Of a stretch of DNA of 64,000 nt, positions 1 to 13,230 are shown piece by piece. The stretch lies in NCBI GenBank assembly GCA_951406725.2, contig OX597834.1:16306001-16370000 (forward strand), in the 5' to 3' direction. The stretch comes from Octopus vulgaris. Its lineage: Eukaryota. The notes under the pieces were generated by a model. It ran no database searches, was not told where the DNA came from, and saw only the letters and a program-made list of their open reading frames with translations. The position numbers were made by a program, and so were the translations under genes. Each line of letters starts with the position of its first letter. The first letter of the stretch is position 1.

Positions 1-328
1 AGCTTTTTATATGGCACCAGCACCAGTGCTTTTTATGTGGTACCAGCAACAGTGCTTTTTATGTGGTACCAGCACCAGTGCTTTTTACATGGCACCAGCA
101 CCAGTGATTTTTATGTGGCACCAGCACCAGTGCATTTTATGTGGCACCAGCACCAGTGCTTTTTACGTGGCACCAGCACCGGTGCTTTTTTGTGGCACCA
201 GCACCAATGCTTTTTACATGGCACCAGAACCAGTGCTTTTAACATGGCACCAGCATAAGTGCTTTTCCTGGCACCAGCACCAATGCTTTTTACGTGGCAC
301 TAGCACCAGTGCTTTTTCCATGGCACCA
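1..328. repeat. 20-bp minisatellite, about 16 copies (GTGCTTTTTATGTGGCACCAGCACCA-type)
   Basis: Direct periodicity. Continues beyond the window start. Confidence 0.9.
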
Positions 329-796
329 TCCCCACACCACCTACAGTTAGTGTGAACATACATTCTTTAACATCTAACACACCAAGATCCGTCAACTGGT
401 TATATTTCAATGATCTCAGAAGAACGAAAGGCATAGCAGAACTAGACAGGATTTGAACTCAAAACATACCAGCTTCGATGATGCACAACACATCACAACC
501 ATCTGTGAAGTAATCATAAAACTAGTTTCGTAAACTGAAAGTAGTTGAGTAATCTGCCTTGCCTTACAATTTGCATGCAAAGCAAAATGACACTACCCTA
601 GTTTGAACTTATACCCTTTGGGATTCCGGCATTGAGTAGTTCAGTAACTTTGCCATTCATGAATAATACGCACGCCATTCATTGCAGTGTGATTGTCCAA
701 AAGAGAAATTAAATCAAAATAAAACTAATTCAAATACAGACACCGTTTTATTATATAAATTACAGTTCCCTGTGTATGAGCATATAAGTGAGAGAG

Positions 797-859
<63 letters not shown>

Positions 860-1837
860 TGTGTGTGTGTGTACTCATAAGTGGATGTTGTATGTGTGCA
901 TATGCGCTTCTAGCTGAATATCAGAATCTATCTCTCTCACAAACACACACATGTATGTATGTATGTATGTATGTATGTATGTATGTGTGTGTGTATGTAT
1001 ATATGTATGTATGTATGTATGTGTGTATGTATGTATGTGTGTGTGTATCTATGTATGTATGTATGTATGCATGTATGTATGCATTCATGTATGTATGTAT
1101 GTTTACATGTGTGTGTGTGGTAAAGTTACTTGTGTTTATGTGTATGTGTGTTGTGTATGAATGCACACACGCACTTAAACATGTGACTGTGTGTGCACAT
1201 ATATATATATATACACACACACATACACACACACACACACACATACAAAATCATACATGCATGTACACACACACACACACAAACACACAGACACACACAC
1301 TCACGGAAATCAGGAAGGTACGAAGTGGTTATTATTAAATAACAGGCATTTGAAAAATTTCATCTGTTGAATTGTAATCTTGTTCCTTGCAAGATTGGAA
1401 TTCTCGGAGGACAGAACTGAACAACAACAACAACAACAAAAGAAGCAAAACAAATAAGTAAATTTCAAAGAAAAAAAAGAAAAAGAAAAAGAACAAGTTT
1501 AATGTGGTGTCTATGAGATATTACTGAGATGATGTAAGGGGGGAAAAAGCTGTCTGGGGAAGATGAAGAGAAGAGATAGCAGGGGAAGCAGGGAGGAAGA
1601 AAAAGATGTCTGTGCAACTAATGCCAACACACTCTGAGAGGTAAATTACTTTTGCTGGAAACAAGATGGTTTTCGTCACCATTGCCAATGCTATCATCGA
1701 CAAGGGCCCCCATCAACAATGGTTACGGTAATAATAAAACTACAAATACCAGCTTCTGCAGTGGTTCTCTGTTGTAGCCAGAACCACTTTATGGTTAAGA
1801 CAGCAATTAAACATTTAAGTGGGGCTTAACATATATA

Positions 1838-2006
1838 GGCGCAGGAGCGGCTGTGTGGTAAGTACCTTGCTAACCAACCACATGATTCCGGGTTCAGTCC
1901 CACTGCGTGCATCTTGGGCAAGTGTCTTCTGCTATAGCCCCAGGCCGACCAATGCCTTGTGAGTGGATTTGGTAGACGGAAACTGAAAGAAGCCTGTCAT
2001 ATATAT

Positions 2007-2040
<34 letters not shown>

Positions 2041-2251
2041 TTGTTTGTGTGTCTGTCCCCCTAGCATTGCTTGACAACCGATGCAGGTGTGTTTATGTCC
2101 CCGTTACTTAGCGGTTCGGCAAAAGAGACCGATAGAATAAGTACTGGGCTTACAAAAAGAATAAGTCCCAGGGTCGAGTTGCTCGATTAAAGGCGGTGCT
2201 CCAGCATGGCCACAGTCAAATGACTGAAACAAGTAAAAGAGTAAAAGAGAG
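1838..2251 (+). mobile_element. tRNA-derived SINE, family A
   Basis: A-box-like GGCTGTGTGGT, B-box-like GGTTCAGTCCC, internal (TA)/(TG) tract, AAAAGAGT tail. Many copies in the window. Confidence 0.9.
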
Positions 2252-2265
2252 TATATGGAATGGAA

Positions 2266-2659
2266 GCACTCCGTCGGTTACGATAACGAGGGTTCTGGTT
2301 GATCCGAATCAACGGAACAGCCTGCTCCTGAAATTAACGTGTAAGTGGCTGAGCACTCCACAGACATGTGTACCCTTAACGTAGTTCTTGGGGATATTCG
2401 GCGTGACACAGAGAGTGACAAGGCCGGCCCTTTGAAATACAGGTACAACAGAAACAGGAAGTAAGAGTGAGAGAAAGTTGTGGTGAAAGAGTACAGCAGG
2501 GATCACCACCATCCCCTGCCGGAGCCTCGTGGAGCTTTTAGGTGTTTTAGCTCAATAAACACTCACAACGCCCGGTCTGGGAATCAAAACCGCGATCCTA
2601 CGACCGCGATCCTACAACCGCGAGTCCGCTGCCCTAACCACTGGGCCATTGCACCTCCA
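2266..2659 (-). mobile_element. tRNA-derived SINE, family B (tail type 1)
   Basis: Head GGAGGTGCAATGGCCCAGTGGTTAGGGCAGCGGACTCGCGG..GGTTTTGATTCCC. Homologous to 47373-47759. Confidence 0.88.
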
Positions 2660-2807
2660 CAACATATATATAATGTAGTGAGCCAAAGAGGAAAGAAATA
2701 AATTGCTTCGTTATTTAAAATCATCCCTGCATATCATCAAAGAGAAAATAATCATTAGCTTTAATGACTGCTTCCAGGTAAAAAAAAAAAAAAAAGAAAA
2801 AATATGT

Positions 2808-2951
2808 TAAGTAGCTTGCTAACCAGCCACATGGTTCTGGATCCAGTCCCACTGCGTGGCATCTTGGGCAAGTGTCTTCTGCTATAGCCTCGGGCCGACC
2901 AAAGCCTTGTGAGTGGATTTGGTAGACGGAAACTGAAAGAAGCCTGTCGTA

Positions 2952-3018
<67 letters not shown>

Positions 3019-3232
3019 TTGTGTGTCTGTGTTTGTCCCCCTAGCATTGCTTGACAACCGATGCTGGTGTGTTTACGTCCCCGTCACTTAGCGGTTCGGC
3101 AAAAGAGACCGATAGAATAAGTACTGGGCTTACAAAAAGAATAAGTCCTGGGGTCGAGTTGCTCAACTAAAGGCGGTGCTCCAGCATAGTCGCAGTCAAA
3201 ATGACTGAAACAAGTAAAAGAGTAAAAGAGAG
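2808..3232 (+). mobile_element. SINE family A (5'-truncated)
   Basis: Near-identical to 1838-2251. Confidence 0.88.
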
Positions 3233-3464
3233 TATATAAAGGCAAAGGGGAGACAATTCCGAATTCTTATATCATTATCATCATTGTCGTTGAACATGTT
3301 TTCCGCCCTGGCATGGATTGGATTCTTCAATAGGAACTGGTGAGTCAGAATACTGCTCCAATCTTTAGCGCCTGCTTTGGAATGGTTTCTACAGCCAGAT
3401 ACCCGTCCTAACTCAGCCAATTTACAGAGTGTACTGGGGGCTTTTTTGTTTGTTTGCTTTATAA

Positions 3465-3815
3465 TAATAATGAAATTATTGTATACAGTGCTCAGGTGCA
3501 CCACAACTTGTCAGAAAGTGCGTATAAAGCATATGCAGTAATGTACAAATGTCTGGAAAGCGAACAGTGTATGAGTCAGATACATGCTTGCGTGTGTATG
3601 GAGGGGGGAAAATCAGGTGTAGTGTTGGCGAATCTCAGAAAGCATGGAAGTTTTGAAGGATGCAGTGCTCCGACAACTAACAACTGATGCTGGCAGTTAG
3701 TTCCATGCTTCAGCAACTCTCAGCATGAAAAAATGTTTCCGAAAGTCATGGGAGCTGTGCTGTTTTCTGACTTTGTAAACATGTCCACGGGTGTTAGACG
3801 GGTGGAGTTTGAAAG
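3465..3815 (-). mobile_element. CR1-clade LINE 3' end
   Basis: NTRGHVYKVRKQHSSHDFRKHFFMLRVAEAWN, followed by a 3' UTR ending gtgcacctgagcactgtatacaat and a (TTA) tail. Confidence 0.85.
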
Positions 3816-4655
3816 GTACATCAGCACAGGTGAGGCCACTAGGTACATCAGTCACAGCGATCAGCATTCCAGTTGATCCAATCAATGGAACAGCCTCCTC
3901 GTGAAATTAGCGTGAAAGTGGCTGAGTACTCCACAGACACACACACTCTTAATGTAGTTCTCAGGGAGATTCAGCATGTCACAAAATGTAACAAGTCAGC
4001 GTTACTGTGGAGAGCTGAGAGACTACTGCCCTTCTTCAGATCCAGTTTAATCATTTGGCATTTAAGCCAGCCATATCCAGATCCAGCCAAAATATTCTGT
4101 TTTACATGCAAACTGGCCAGGTCTGACCTCTTACACTTATCCTACACTGTCATTCTAAAAATAAACAATCACATCATCAAAATCTCAAAACTATGAGACA
4201 TTGCATGATCAATTCAAAACAATGTTAAACAAGCATTACATTTGACAGAATAATCTGAATGCTAGAAGGTTAAGGCAGTGTTTGTGCCTTGTCTTGGGTC
4301 CATTAGGAGGTTCGTCTCCCTGAAAATTATTCTTCATAGAGTAAAATCTTCTGAATTCTTCCAATGTTCCATATAAAAACATTTACCTGCCCGTCTCAGT
4401 GCTTTCATGCCTGCAAAATTTGCTATTTCCAAGACATCAACATTATTCGCATAATCTTTGCAACCCAAGACACACACAGAATTTGTTGAAGAACATTTTT
4501 GCTGAAAACACTCCAACCAATTAACATGTTTTGAATGGTATGTCCTTACTTTACAGCCATACAATGAAACAAACAAAATGCATATATAAATAGGTAAATT
4601 AGGGATCCCAAATAGTATTCTAAGGGCACTTGAGAAAATTTGACTTTAGATTGTA

Positions 4656-5072
4656 GGGTGACCTGCTGTGCTTGAGGAGACCTATTGAGTGAAGTACATC
4701 AACATCAAAATAAAAATTAAATGGAAATTGTAGTCGTGATACCTATGCCGGTGGCACATAAAAAGCATCATCCAAATGTAGCCGATGCCAACGCCGCCTT
4801 GACTAGCTTCTGTGCCTGTGGCACATAAAAAGCACCAACTGATTGTGGTTGTTTGCCAGCTTCCCATGGCACCTGTGCTGGTGGCACGTAACAAGCACCC
4901 ACTACACTCACAGAGTGGTTGGCGTTAGGAAGGGCACCCAGCTGTAGAAACACTGCCAGATCAGACTGGAGACTGGTGCAGCCTCCTGGCTTCCCAGACC
5001 CCAGTTGAACCGTCCAACCCATGCTAGCATGGAGGACGGACATTAAACGATGATGATGATGATGATGATGAT
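4656..5072 (+). mobile_element. SINE family D with internal tandem modules and (TGA)n tail
   Basis: GGCACATAAAAAGCA motif three times, then ..GTGGTTGGCGTTAGGAAGGGCA..AACCCATGCTAGCATGGA..(TGA)n. tgtagg is repeated on both flanks. Confidence 0.8.
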
Positions 5073-5207
5073 GTAGGTATTGGTATGTATTGCAAGGAAC
5101 AGCTAGGTTTCATTCTCTAATGTTTCACATAGTTCAGCCTACACATACATGTTAATGATGGGAAAACAAAATAAGAATTTGGAAAGAAGTCCCTATAAAA
5201 CTAGTCT

Positions 5208-5438
5208 TTAACCCTTTCGTTACTGTATTTATTTTGAGATGCTCTGTGTTTCTTTCAATTAATTTTAAATATAACAAAAAATTTAGTAAAATAACTTTGT
5301 TATCATTCAGCTAGTATTAGGAATATAAATTGTGACTAAGGTTTTGTGGTATATTTTGATGCAAAATTTATGAAAACAAGACATTTGTACTACAGAGCCA
5401 GAGCTGGTTTTGGCCGGGTTTGGTAACGAAAGGGTTAA
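5208..5438. mobile_element. piggyBac-type MITE, family 1
   Basis: TTAA-CCCTTTCGTTAC ... GTAACGAAAGGG-TTAA. Confidence 0.85.
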
Positions 5439-5530
5439 ACATGAAATGGCTATAGGGGTCCACCAGAATAAGATAATAATCACAGGGGTCCAAAGATAAC
5501 AAAATACGGTTGAAGACCCCTGTCATACAG

Positions 5531-5759
5531 GCGGCGAGCTGGCAGAAACGTTAGCACGCCGGACGAAATGCGTAGCCGTATTACGTCTGCCGTTACATTC
5601 TGAGTTCAAATTCCGCCGAGGTCAACTTTGCCTTTCATCCTTTCGGGGTTGATAAATTAAGGACCAGTTACGCACTGAGGTCGGTATAATCGACTTAATC
5701 CGTTTGTCTGTCCTTGTTTGTCCCTTCTGTGTTTAGCCCCTTGTGGGTAGTAAAGAAAT
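5531..5759 (+). mobile_element. tRNA-derived SINE, family C (Meta/MESC-like central domain)
   Basis: GAGTTCAAATTCC B box, then GTCAACTTTGCCTTTCATCCTTTCGGGGTTGATAAATTAAGGACCAG. Other copies at 35363-35595 (+), 40355-40582 (-), 42570-42785 (-) and 55951-56165 (+). Confidence 0.88.
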
Positions 5760-6230
5760 CAATCAGATATTTTAAGTCCCTCAGAGATGATTCCTGATGA
5801 CCAGGGACTTCCCATGTCTTCATATCCTTAACTGCCCTATCTATCATCCCACCATCAATTCAGATGGCTGGTCCCTTAGTTGGGTTCTTTTATTAGAAAG
5901 TCTCTCCTTCTCCCATGCATTTTCCACATTTAGTAACCTTTCATAGTATCAATTCCCTGCCTCTTTCTTCTCAGAATTACTAAGTGCAAGCGTATCATTA
6001 TCCATTCTCACACTTTTTTCTCACCCACAACCTCTCCCTCTTCTCTCTCATACATGTTTTGCTTTCCGGAACACCTCACACTGCAGAATACTGGCAAACC
6101 TACACATGTGTGCATGCGTGTGCACAAACACACACACACACACACACACACTTTGATGAATACATACACAAAAACACACACATATAAACAGACTAATGTT
6201 TGAGTATATGCAGCTGTTTTCATAGGTGTG

Positions 6231-6286
<56 letters not shown>

Positions 6287-6324
6287 AAAAAACAGATAAA
6301 TATATACTTTATGTGTGTGTGTGT

Positions 6325-6359
<35 letters not shown>

Positions 6360-6619
6360 ATTGTATATATGCGTGTGTGTATTTATATAGATATACACAC
6401 ATGCACACACATACATACATACACACATGTATGTATATTTGCATGTATGCACATGAGTGCATATATACATGTGTATGTTTGTATATATGCATATGTGTAT
6501 GTGCATATATATAATATATAAAGAATACATATGTGTGTGTGTGTGCACATATTATATGTATACATATGTATACACATTTGTATATAAGCACATGAATGTG
6601 CATGTATACGTGTGCATAT

Positions 6620-6655
<36 letters not shown>

Positions 6656-6678
6656 ATATATATATATATAATATATAT

Positions 6679-6721
<43 letters not shown>

Positions 6722-7345
6722 TATATATATATAATGTACTATATATACATACATGCATACATATATATAATGTATATACATACATGCATACACACACATG
6801 TATATGTTTGTATATATGCACACAAATGTGTGAGTGTGTGTATACACTTGTATGTATGTATGTATGTGTATGTATGTGTGTGTGTGTGTGTATGTGTGTG
6901 AGCATGTGTGTGTTCCTGTCATCTAATTCCAGACATCTTTTGAATTTGCAAGTTGTACGTATATTAAGCTCATATCTACATCTTCACTTCCACTTTAATT
7001 AGACGTATTCCAAGTAACTTCCTGCCATCTACAAGACATTTTTACCATTATATTTACTTCCTTTATCTATCTATCGCTGTCTTCATTTCTCTTTACCACT
7101 CTCTCTCTCTCTCTTTCTCCTTTTACTTACTTCATACATATATATATATATTGAGAGGGAGAGACACACACACAGACATTTATAGAGACACATACACACA
7201 CAAATACATATATACATCCATTTATATATGCATTATTATATAGATATATATTAATGGTCTCTAGTTTTGTAAGACTGTGTGGTATACATACACAAATAGA
7301 TATATATCTATACATACATATGTACATATATATATATGTATATGC

Positions 7346-7382
<37 letters not shown>

Positions 7383-7397
7383 TACATACAAATATGC

Positions 7398-7428
<31 letters not shown>

Positions 7429-8035
7429 CTAATACATTCACAGTATATTTACAAGCACACAAACATACATATGTATATAAATACTGACACACATATACAT
7501 ATGCTTATATAGACACATTTATGCACATATATATATATATATACATGCATATACATATGCACACACATATACAAATACACAGGTAAATATGTTGATACAG
7601 ACACAAACTTAATTATACGTATACATACACATATGTGATGAGGATTCTCAACTGATTTTAACAAGCATTCAGTTGTTTAATTAACTAAACTACCTCCTCG
7701 TAAAATTACTATGTAAGTAGTTCCATGCTGCACGGATAGATGTACTCTTAACCTACTGTAAGACACAGGACCAGACAGGACTACGTAGGTCAACCAGCTT
7801 TGAAAAGCAGGATCTCACAAGAATCATACAAACTCTGTTTACATTCATTTTGAAGAAAGAGAGCCACTCTGATCAAGGGCAGATAAACTAATCCCTTCTT
7901 GTATCATTCATTTTTATTCTGTATGAGAGACATTACAGGACTAGGCTCTTGATTCAGAAAGATTTCCCAAAAGATGTGAAGGGTTAATTCTCAAATCAGT
8001 ATTTAACATGATTGGACCGTTGAATTATATATATA

Positions 8036-8089
<54 letters not shown>

Positions 8090-8411
8090 ATACAAAATAA
8101 GAAAATGGAGAAATACACCTTAATCAATAATCAACTACCATATAATACCCAATCACATAATTTATTAACCCACTACATATGAACATCAAGGTCAAACATA
8201 ATAGTACAGAACAAAACAATGCACATCAATGAGTAATATGATACAATAAGTACAATATGTATAAGTGAATATAAATAAATATAAATATAAATTACATCTT
8301 ACAGCTATTTCAGCCATGTAGATACGGGTATCTCATTATGCCCATATTAGCCAGGTGTGATAAGTTAATATGTGATTATAAATGAGACACTTACAAAAAT
8401 ATCCCAAGGCC
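8090..8411 (-). mobile_element. Truncated Penelope-like terminal repeat with only the 3' half of a hammerhead
   Basis: Minus strand reads GGCT-GAAA-TAGCTG-TA-AGA (8297-8315). The helix II partner GGCC is at 8408-8411, but the CTGANGA box is replaced by TA repeat. Flanked by (TA)n. Confidence 0.5.
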
Positions 8412-11059
8412 TATATATAATATATAATATGAGCACTGTATACAATAATTTCATTATTATTATTATTATATATATATATATAATGTATCTGATAAGCTTC
8501 CAACACAGGTTCTATCTACCCAGCTTCATTCACAAGACTTGAGTCAGTCTGAGGGTATGGTGAAACACATTTGTTCAAGATGCCACCAAATCTAATGAAA
8601 TACAGAATCCCATGACTGTGAACCAAAGTTTTTAACCATTAAAGCATTCATGAAACCATATATTTGTGTGTGTGTGTGTGTGTGTGTTCACAAGTACAGC
8701 TGTGAGAGAGATAGCAAGTGTGTGTACATGATAGACAGCTATATGACAGTTGTTGGTGAAGAGGTTGAATAAAAGCAACCTGGCATGACCTCGAGGGTTG
8801 ATAAAAATAATGGCATCCTTAACTTTTTCCAACCAGCTCTTACTCTCTGGCTACTTGAGTTGGCTGAAACCCTAAACTTCAAATTGTATGAAAGTATGTA
8901 CATTATACACACATACACATACATACACACACACACAAACGAAAGGCTACTTTTGGTGAAAATTCAAAGCCACAGTATTGCAGTTTAATAACGATGAAGA
9001 CTCTTGCTTTTGTACTGTATTATATCTTCACTTAATGTTTGTTGATATGATTTTTAAAAACACATTAACATTTTATATATGTATATACATATATATATAT
9101 ATATATATATAGATATATGCCCATACACATATAGACACACACACACATGCACACTGATACATATGTATATATATAAAGATGGATATACACTTGATATATA
9201 TAAAAATTATTTTCGTTATTACTGCTACTACTACTACTACTACTACTGCTCTCATTATTATTACATTAATTTCTTTCCTTGTTTTATAATCCTGTTGCCA
9301 GGATATATCTCAAGCGATGGTTAATGGGTGTCTATTTTTCATCAGCATCTCAACAAAAATAGATGCCTCGACTCGTATATACATACTTACTCCGTATCCA
9401 TCGTCACGATATAATCTGCTCAGGAACTAATGAAAAACATTTCAGCATTATCATCATCATCATCTTCATCACCATTAGCATCATTATGAGCATCATTACT
9501 ATCATCATCATCATCATCATCGTTGTTGTGTACATCTCAACAAGCAACGGTAGCGGTATTTTGAAGATTGTCATCTACATTACTGACACGCTGTTGTCAT
9601 CAAAACTTCCTGTCGTGTTTACCAATTACCACCACCATTGAGATGATCATCCTTGTCGTTACCATCAGTAGTAGCAGCGGCGATGTTATTGTGGAGATTG
9701 TCATCGGGCATTACCAAAACATCATCATCATCATCATCATCGACTTCGTCATCAAAATACTTGTCATGACCAAACCCCAACACAACCACCAGCTAAAACC
9801 ATCGCCACCACCAACATCAACATAGCTGTTGTCCTCGCTATAGCCATTGCCGTTGTCGGCATCATAAGCAGCATCATCATCATCATGAGCATCATCATCA
9901 TCATCAGCTTTGTCATCACCGTCATTGTCATCAGTGTTACCATCATTGTCTTCGTCAGCATCACCATCGTTGTCATCATCATCATCATTACAATTGTCGC
10001 CGTTGTCATCAACAGCAATACTATTGTGAAGATTGACATCAACATTACCAAAAGACCATCACCATCTTCACCGCCATCTTCATCACAACCAACCACAGAA
10101 CATAATCACCAACTACTACCCCACCAGCACCAACACCTCCATTACCATCATAGCTGTTCTCCTCACTATCATCATCATCATCATCAACAACATGAACAAG
10201 GGAATTGTGGAGATTGTCATCAACATTACCAAAGTGCCACTATCATCATCATCATCACCGTCATCAAAATCCTATTTATGACCAACCACATGACCAACAT
10301 AACCACAACCACCACCACCACCACCACCACCACCTACTATTATCATCATCATCATCATAGCTGTCTTCACTACCATAATCATCATCATCATCATAATCAT
10401 CATAACAACCATAACAATCACCAACAAACCACTTACCACCACCACCATCATCATCATTACTACTATCTTCACTATAATCATCATCATCGTCGTCATCATC
10501 ATGAACAACAGACTCGTGAAGATTGTCATCACCATTACGGCTGTCACTGTCATCCTTCTAAATCTCCATAACAACAAGCAATACCAAAATGCCCACACAC
10601 CCCCCACACACACACACACCACCACCACCACCACTCATCACCATCGAAATCTTCGTTGCTGTCAATGTCGTTAACACAGTACCATTAATATAATCATTTG
10701 AGAGTTTTTTGGTTTTTTTTAAAAATCATCATCATCAACATTATTATTATTGTTCATTTACTATTATCATTAATTTATTATAATCATTATTATCATTAAT
10801 TTATTATAATCATTATTATTATTAATTTATCATTTTTAATTCATTATTAGCATTATTTATTATTATTTGTATTGTCCTCATTTGCCCTTGTGGTAAATAC
10901 ATGTGTTTACACGGACTTTTTTTTTTTTCTTTCGAAAAACGGACAAAACCTTTTGTAACCTTTCGTCCTGTTTTGTCCCTTTATGTTTTCCAATCATGTT
11001 TGTCAGCCCTTGTGGCCAATAAAAAGAATTAATTATTATTATTATTATTATTATTATGC

Positions 11060-11440
11060 TGTGGGCACGTAACAATCACCATCCGATCGTGGCCGATCGC
11101 CAGCCTCATCTTGGCTCCTGTGTCGGTGGCACATAAAAAACACCATCCGAGCGTGGTCATCTGCTAGCCTTGTCTGGCACTTGTGTCGGTGGCACATAAA
11201 AACACCATCCGAGCGTGGCCGTTCGCCAGCCTCGTCTGGCACCTGTGTCGGTGGCACATAAAATCACCCACTACACTCTCGGAGTGGTTGGCGTTAGGAA
11301 GGGCATCCAGCTGTAGAAACACTGCCAGATCTGACTGGCCTGGTGCAGCCTTCGGGCTCCCCAGACCCCAGTTGAACCGTCCAACCCATGCTAGCATGGA
11401 AAGCGGACGTTAAATGATGATGATGATGATGATGATGATT
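11060..11440 (+). mobile_element. SINE family D with about 63-bp internal tandem units
   Basis: Motif at about 11064, 11128, 11191 and 11253, then the common tail. Other copies at 12688-12870, 20840-20995 (-), 31895-32067 (-), 40768-40920 (-) and 54862-55030. Confidence 0.85.
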
Positions 11441-12014
11441 ATTATTATCATTATTATTATTATTATTATTGCCTGGTAGCATTCCTTTTCACTCATTACA
11501 TTCCTGGTTCAAATTCTGCTGGGGTCTCAACCATGCCTTTCAACCTTCTGGGGGGGTCTACAATTCATGACAGAGAACATTGAGAAACAACCCTCGATCA
11601 GCCCTTGTCAGCTCTCTTACGTATCTTCGTAGGGGCCATAAGAAATTTCTTCACAGTTTGGTTTATATCTTCCAATTATTTTAGATATTTCTAATATTGG
11701 TTTACCTTTTGCAAGTTCAGAAGTAATAACAGATTTTTGTGAAGCAGTTATGATTCATAATTAACAAACCACTCATTAATAATTTGGAACACTGAAAGTT
11801 CATGGTGACCAGGCAAATGAATGCGATTTGTTTACACTTGTGCAAAACCTCATGTTTTTACACACCACATGCATATAACTGCTGCTATAGTTCTAAGGAA
11901 ATTTCATTGAATTCCATTGAGTGGTTATTATATAAAATTTTCAAAATGTTACATCATTAATAATTCGAAATGCAGAGCATAACACACATACAGCTGTAAA
12001 AGACTTTACTTATC

Positions 12015-12016
<2 letters not shown>

Positions 12017-12080
<64 letters not shown>

Positions 12081-12274
12081 GTATATATATATATATACAT
12101 ATGTATATATATATATATACATATGTATATATATATATATACATATGTATATATATATACACATATGTATATATATATATACATATGTATATATATATAT
12201 ACATATGTATATATATATATATACATATGTATATATATATATACATATATATATATATACATATATATATATAC

Positions 12275-12305
<31 letters not shown>

Positions 12306-12306
12306 C

Positions 12307-12339
<33 letters not shown>

Positions 12340-12452
12340 ATATATATATATATACATATATATATACGTATATATATATATATACGTATATATATATATA
12401 TATATGTATGTATATATATATATATACATATGTATATATATATATACATATG

Positions 12453-12527
<75 letters not shown>

Positions 12528-12540
12528 TTATATATATATG
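12017..12540. repeat. Long (TA)n microsatellite with periodic CATATG interruptions
   Basis: Read directly. Similar TA/CA/TG mosaics occupy 6230-7620, 15890-16520, 19900-20200, 27780-28330, 44490-45130, 48450-48840, 49590-50090 and 52680-53360. Confidence 0.95.
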
Positions 12541-12915
12541 TTATTACCAGTTCAAATATGCCAGTGACACATTTTGACTTGGAAACAAGACATTCAGTTT
12601 TGTCATGGAGAAAATTTCTCACTGTACACAGATGGTGTAAAATACACCAACCCTGAAAATATATATATGTCTGTGTGTATGTGGCAGGTGGCACATAAAA
12701 AGCACCCACTACACTCACGGAGTGGTTGGCGTTAGGAAGGTCATCCAGCTGTAGAAACATTGCCAGATAAGACTGGAGTCTGGTGCAGCCTTCTGGCTTC
12801 CCAGAAACCAGTCGAACCGTCCAACCCATGCTAGCATGGAGAACGGACGTTAAACGATGATGATGATGATATATATATTTATATACACACACACATACAT
12901 GTATATATGCATATG

Positions 12916-12977
<62 letters not shown>

Positions 12978-13069
12978 ATATAAATTAGAGACAAAACCAT
13001 ATATATATACATGCACACACATGTATATACATGTATATATATGTATACATACACAGCCACTACACATTC

Positions 13070-13230
13070 TTTATTTTCTCTCCTTGTTTCTTTCTGTGTT
13101 CCTTTCTGTGGAAGAGCCTAGGCTCGAAACATTAAAGACTTTTTCACTTCCTGAGCCTTATACTAATACATCTGTTTGTTGTCTACACAACCTGTCTTAG
13201 TCTTTTGCTTTTTTTGTGAACTCTCCTCAT
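13070..13230 (+). mobile_element. Short Penelope-like repeat with hammerhead-like motif (13102-13138)
   Basis: CTTT-CTGTGGA-A-GAGCC-TA-GGCTC-GAAA-CATT-AAAG. Homologous to 21000-21160 and 54010-54130. Embedded in microsatellite. Confidence 0.65.

Noticed and set aside
1838-1910. tRNA genes at SINE heads
   Set aside because: Pol III boxes are present but no complete cloverleaf, and they are followed by SINE bodies.
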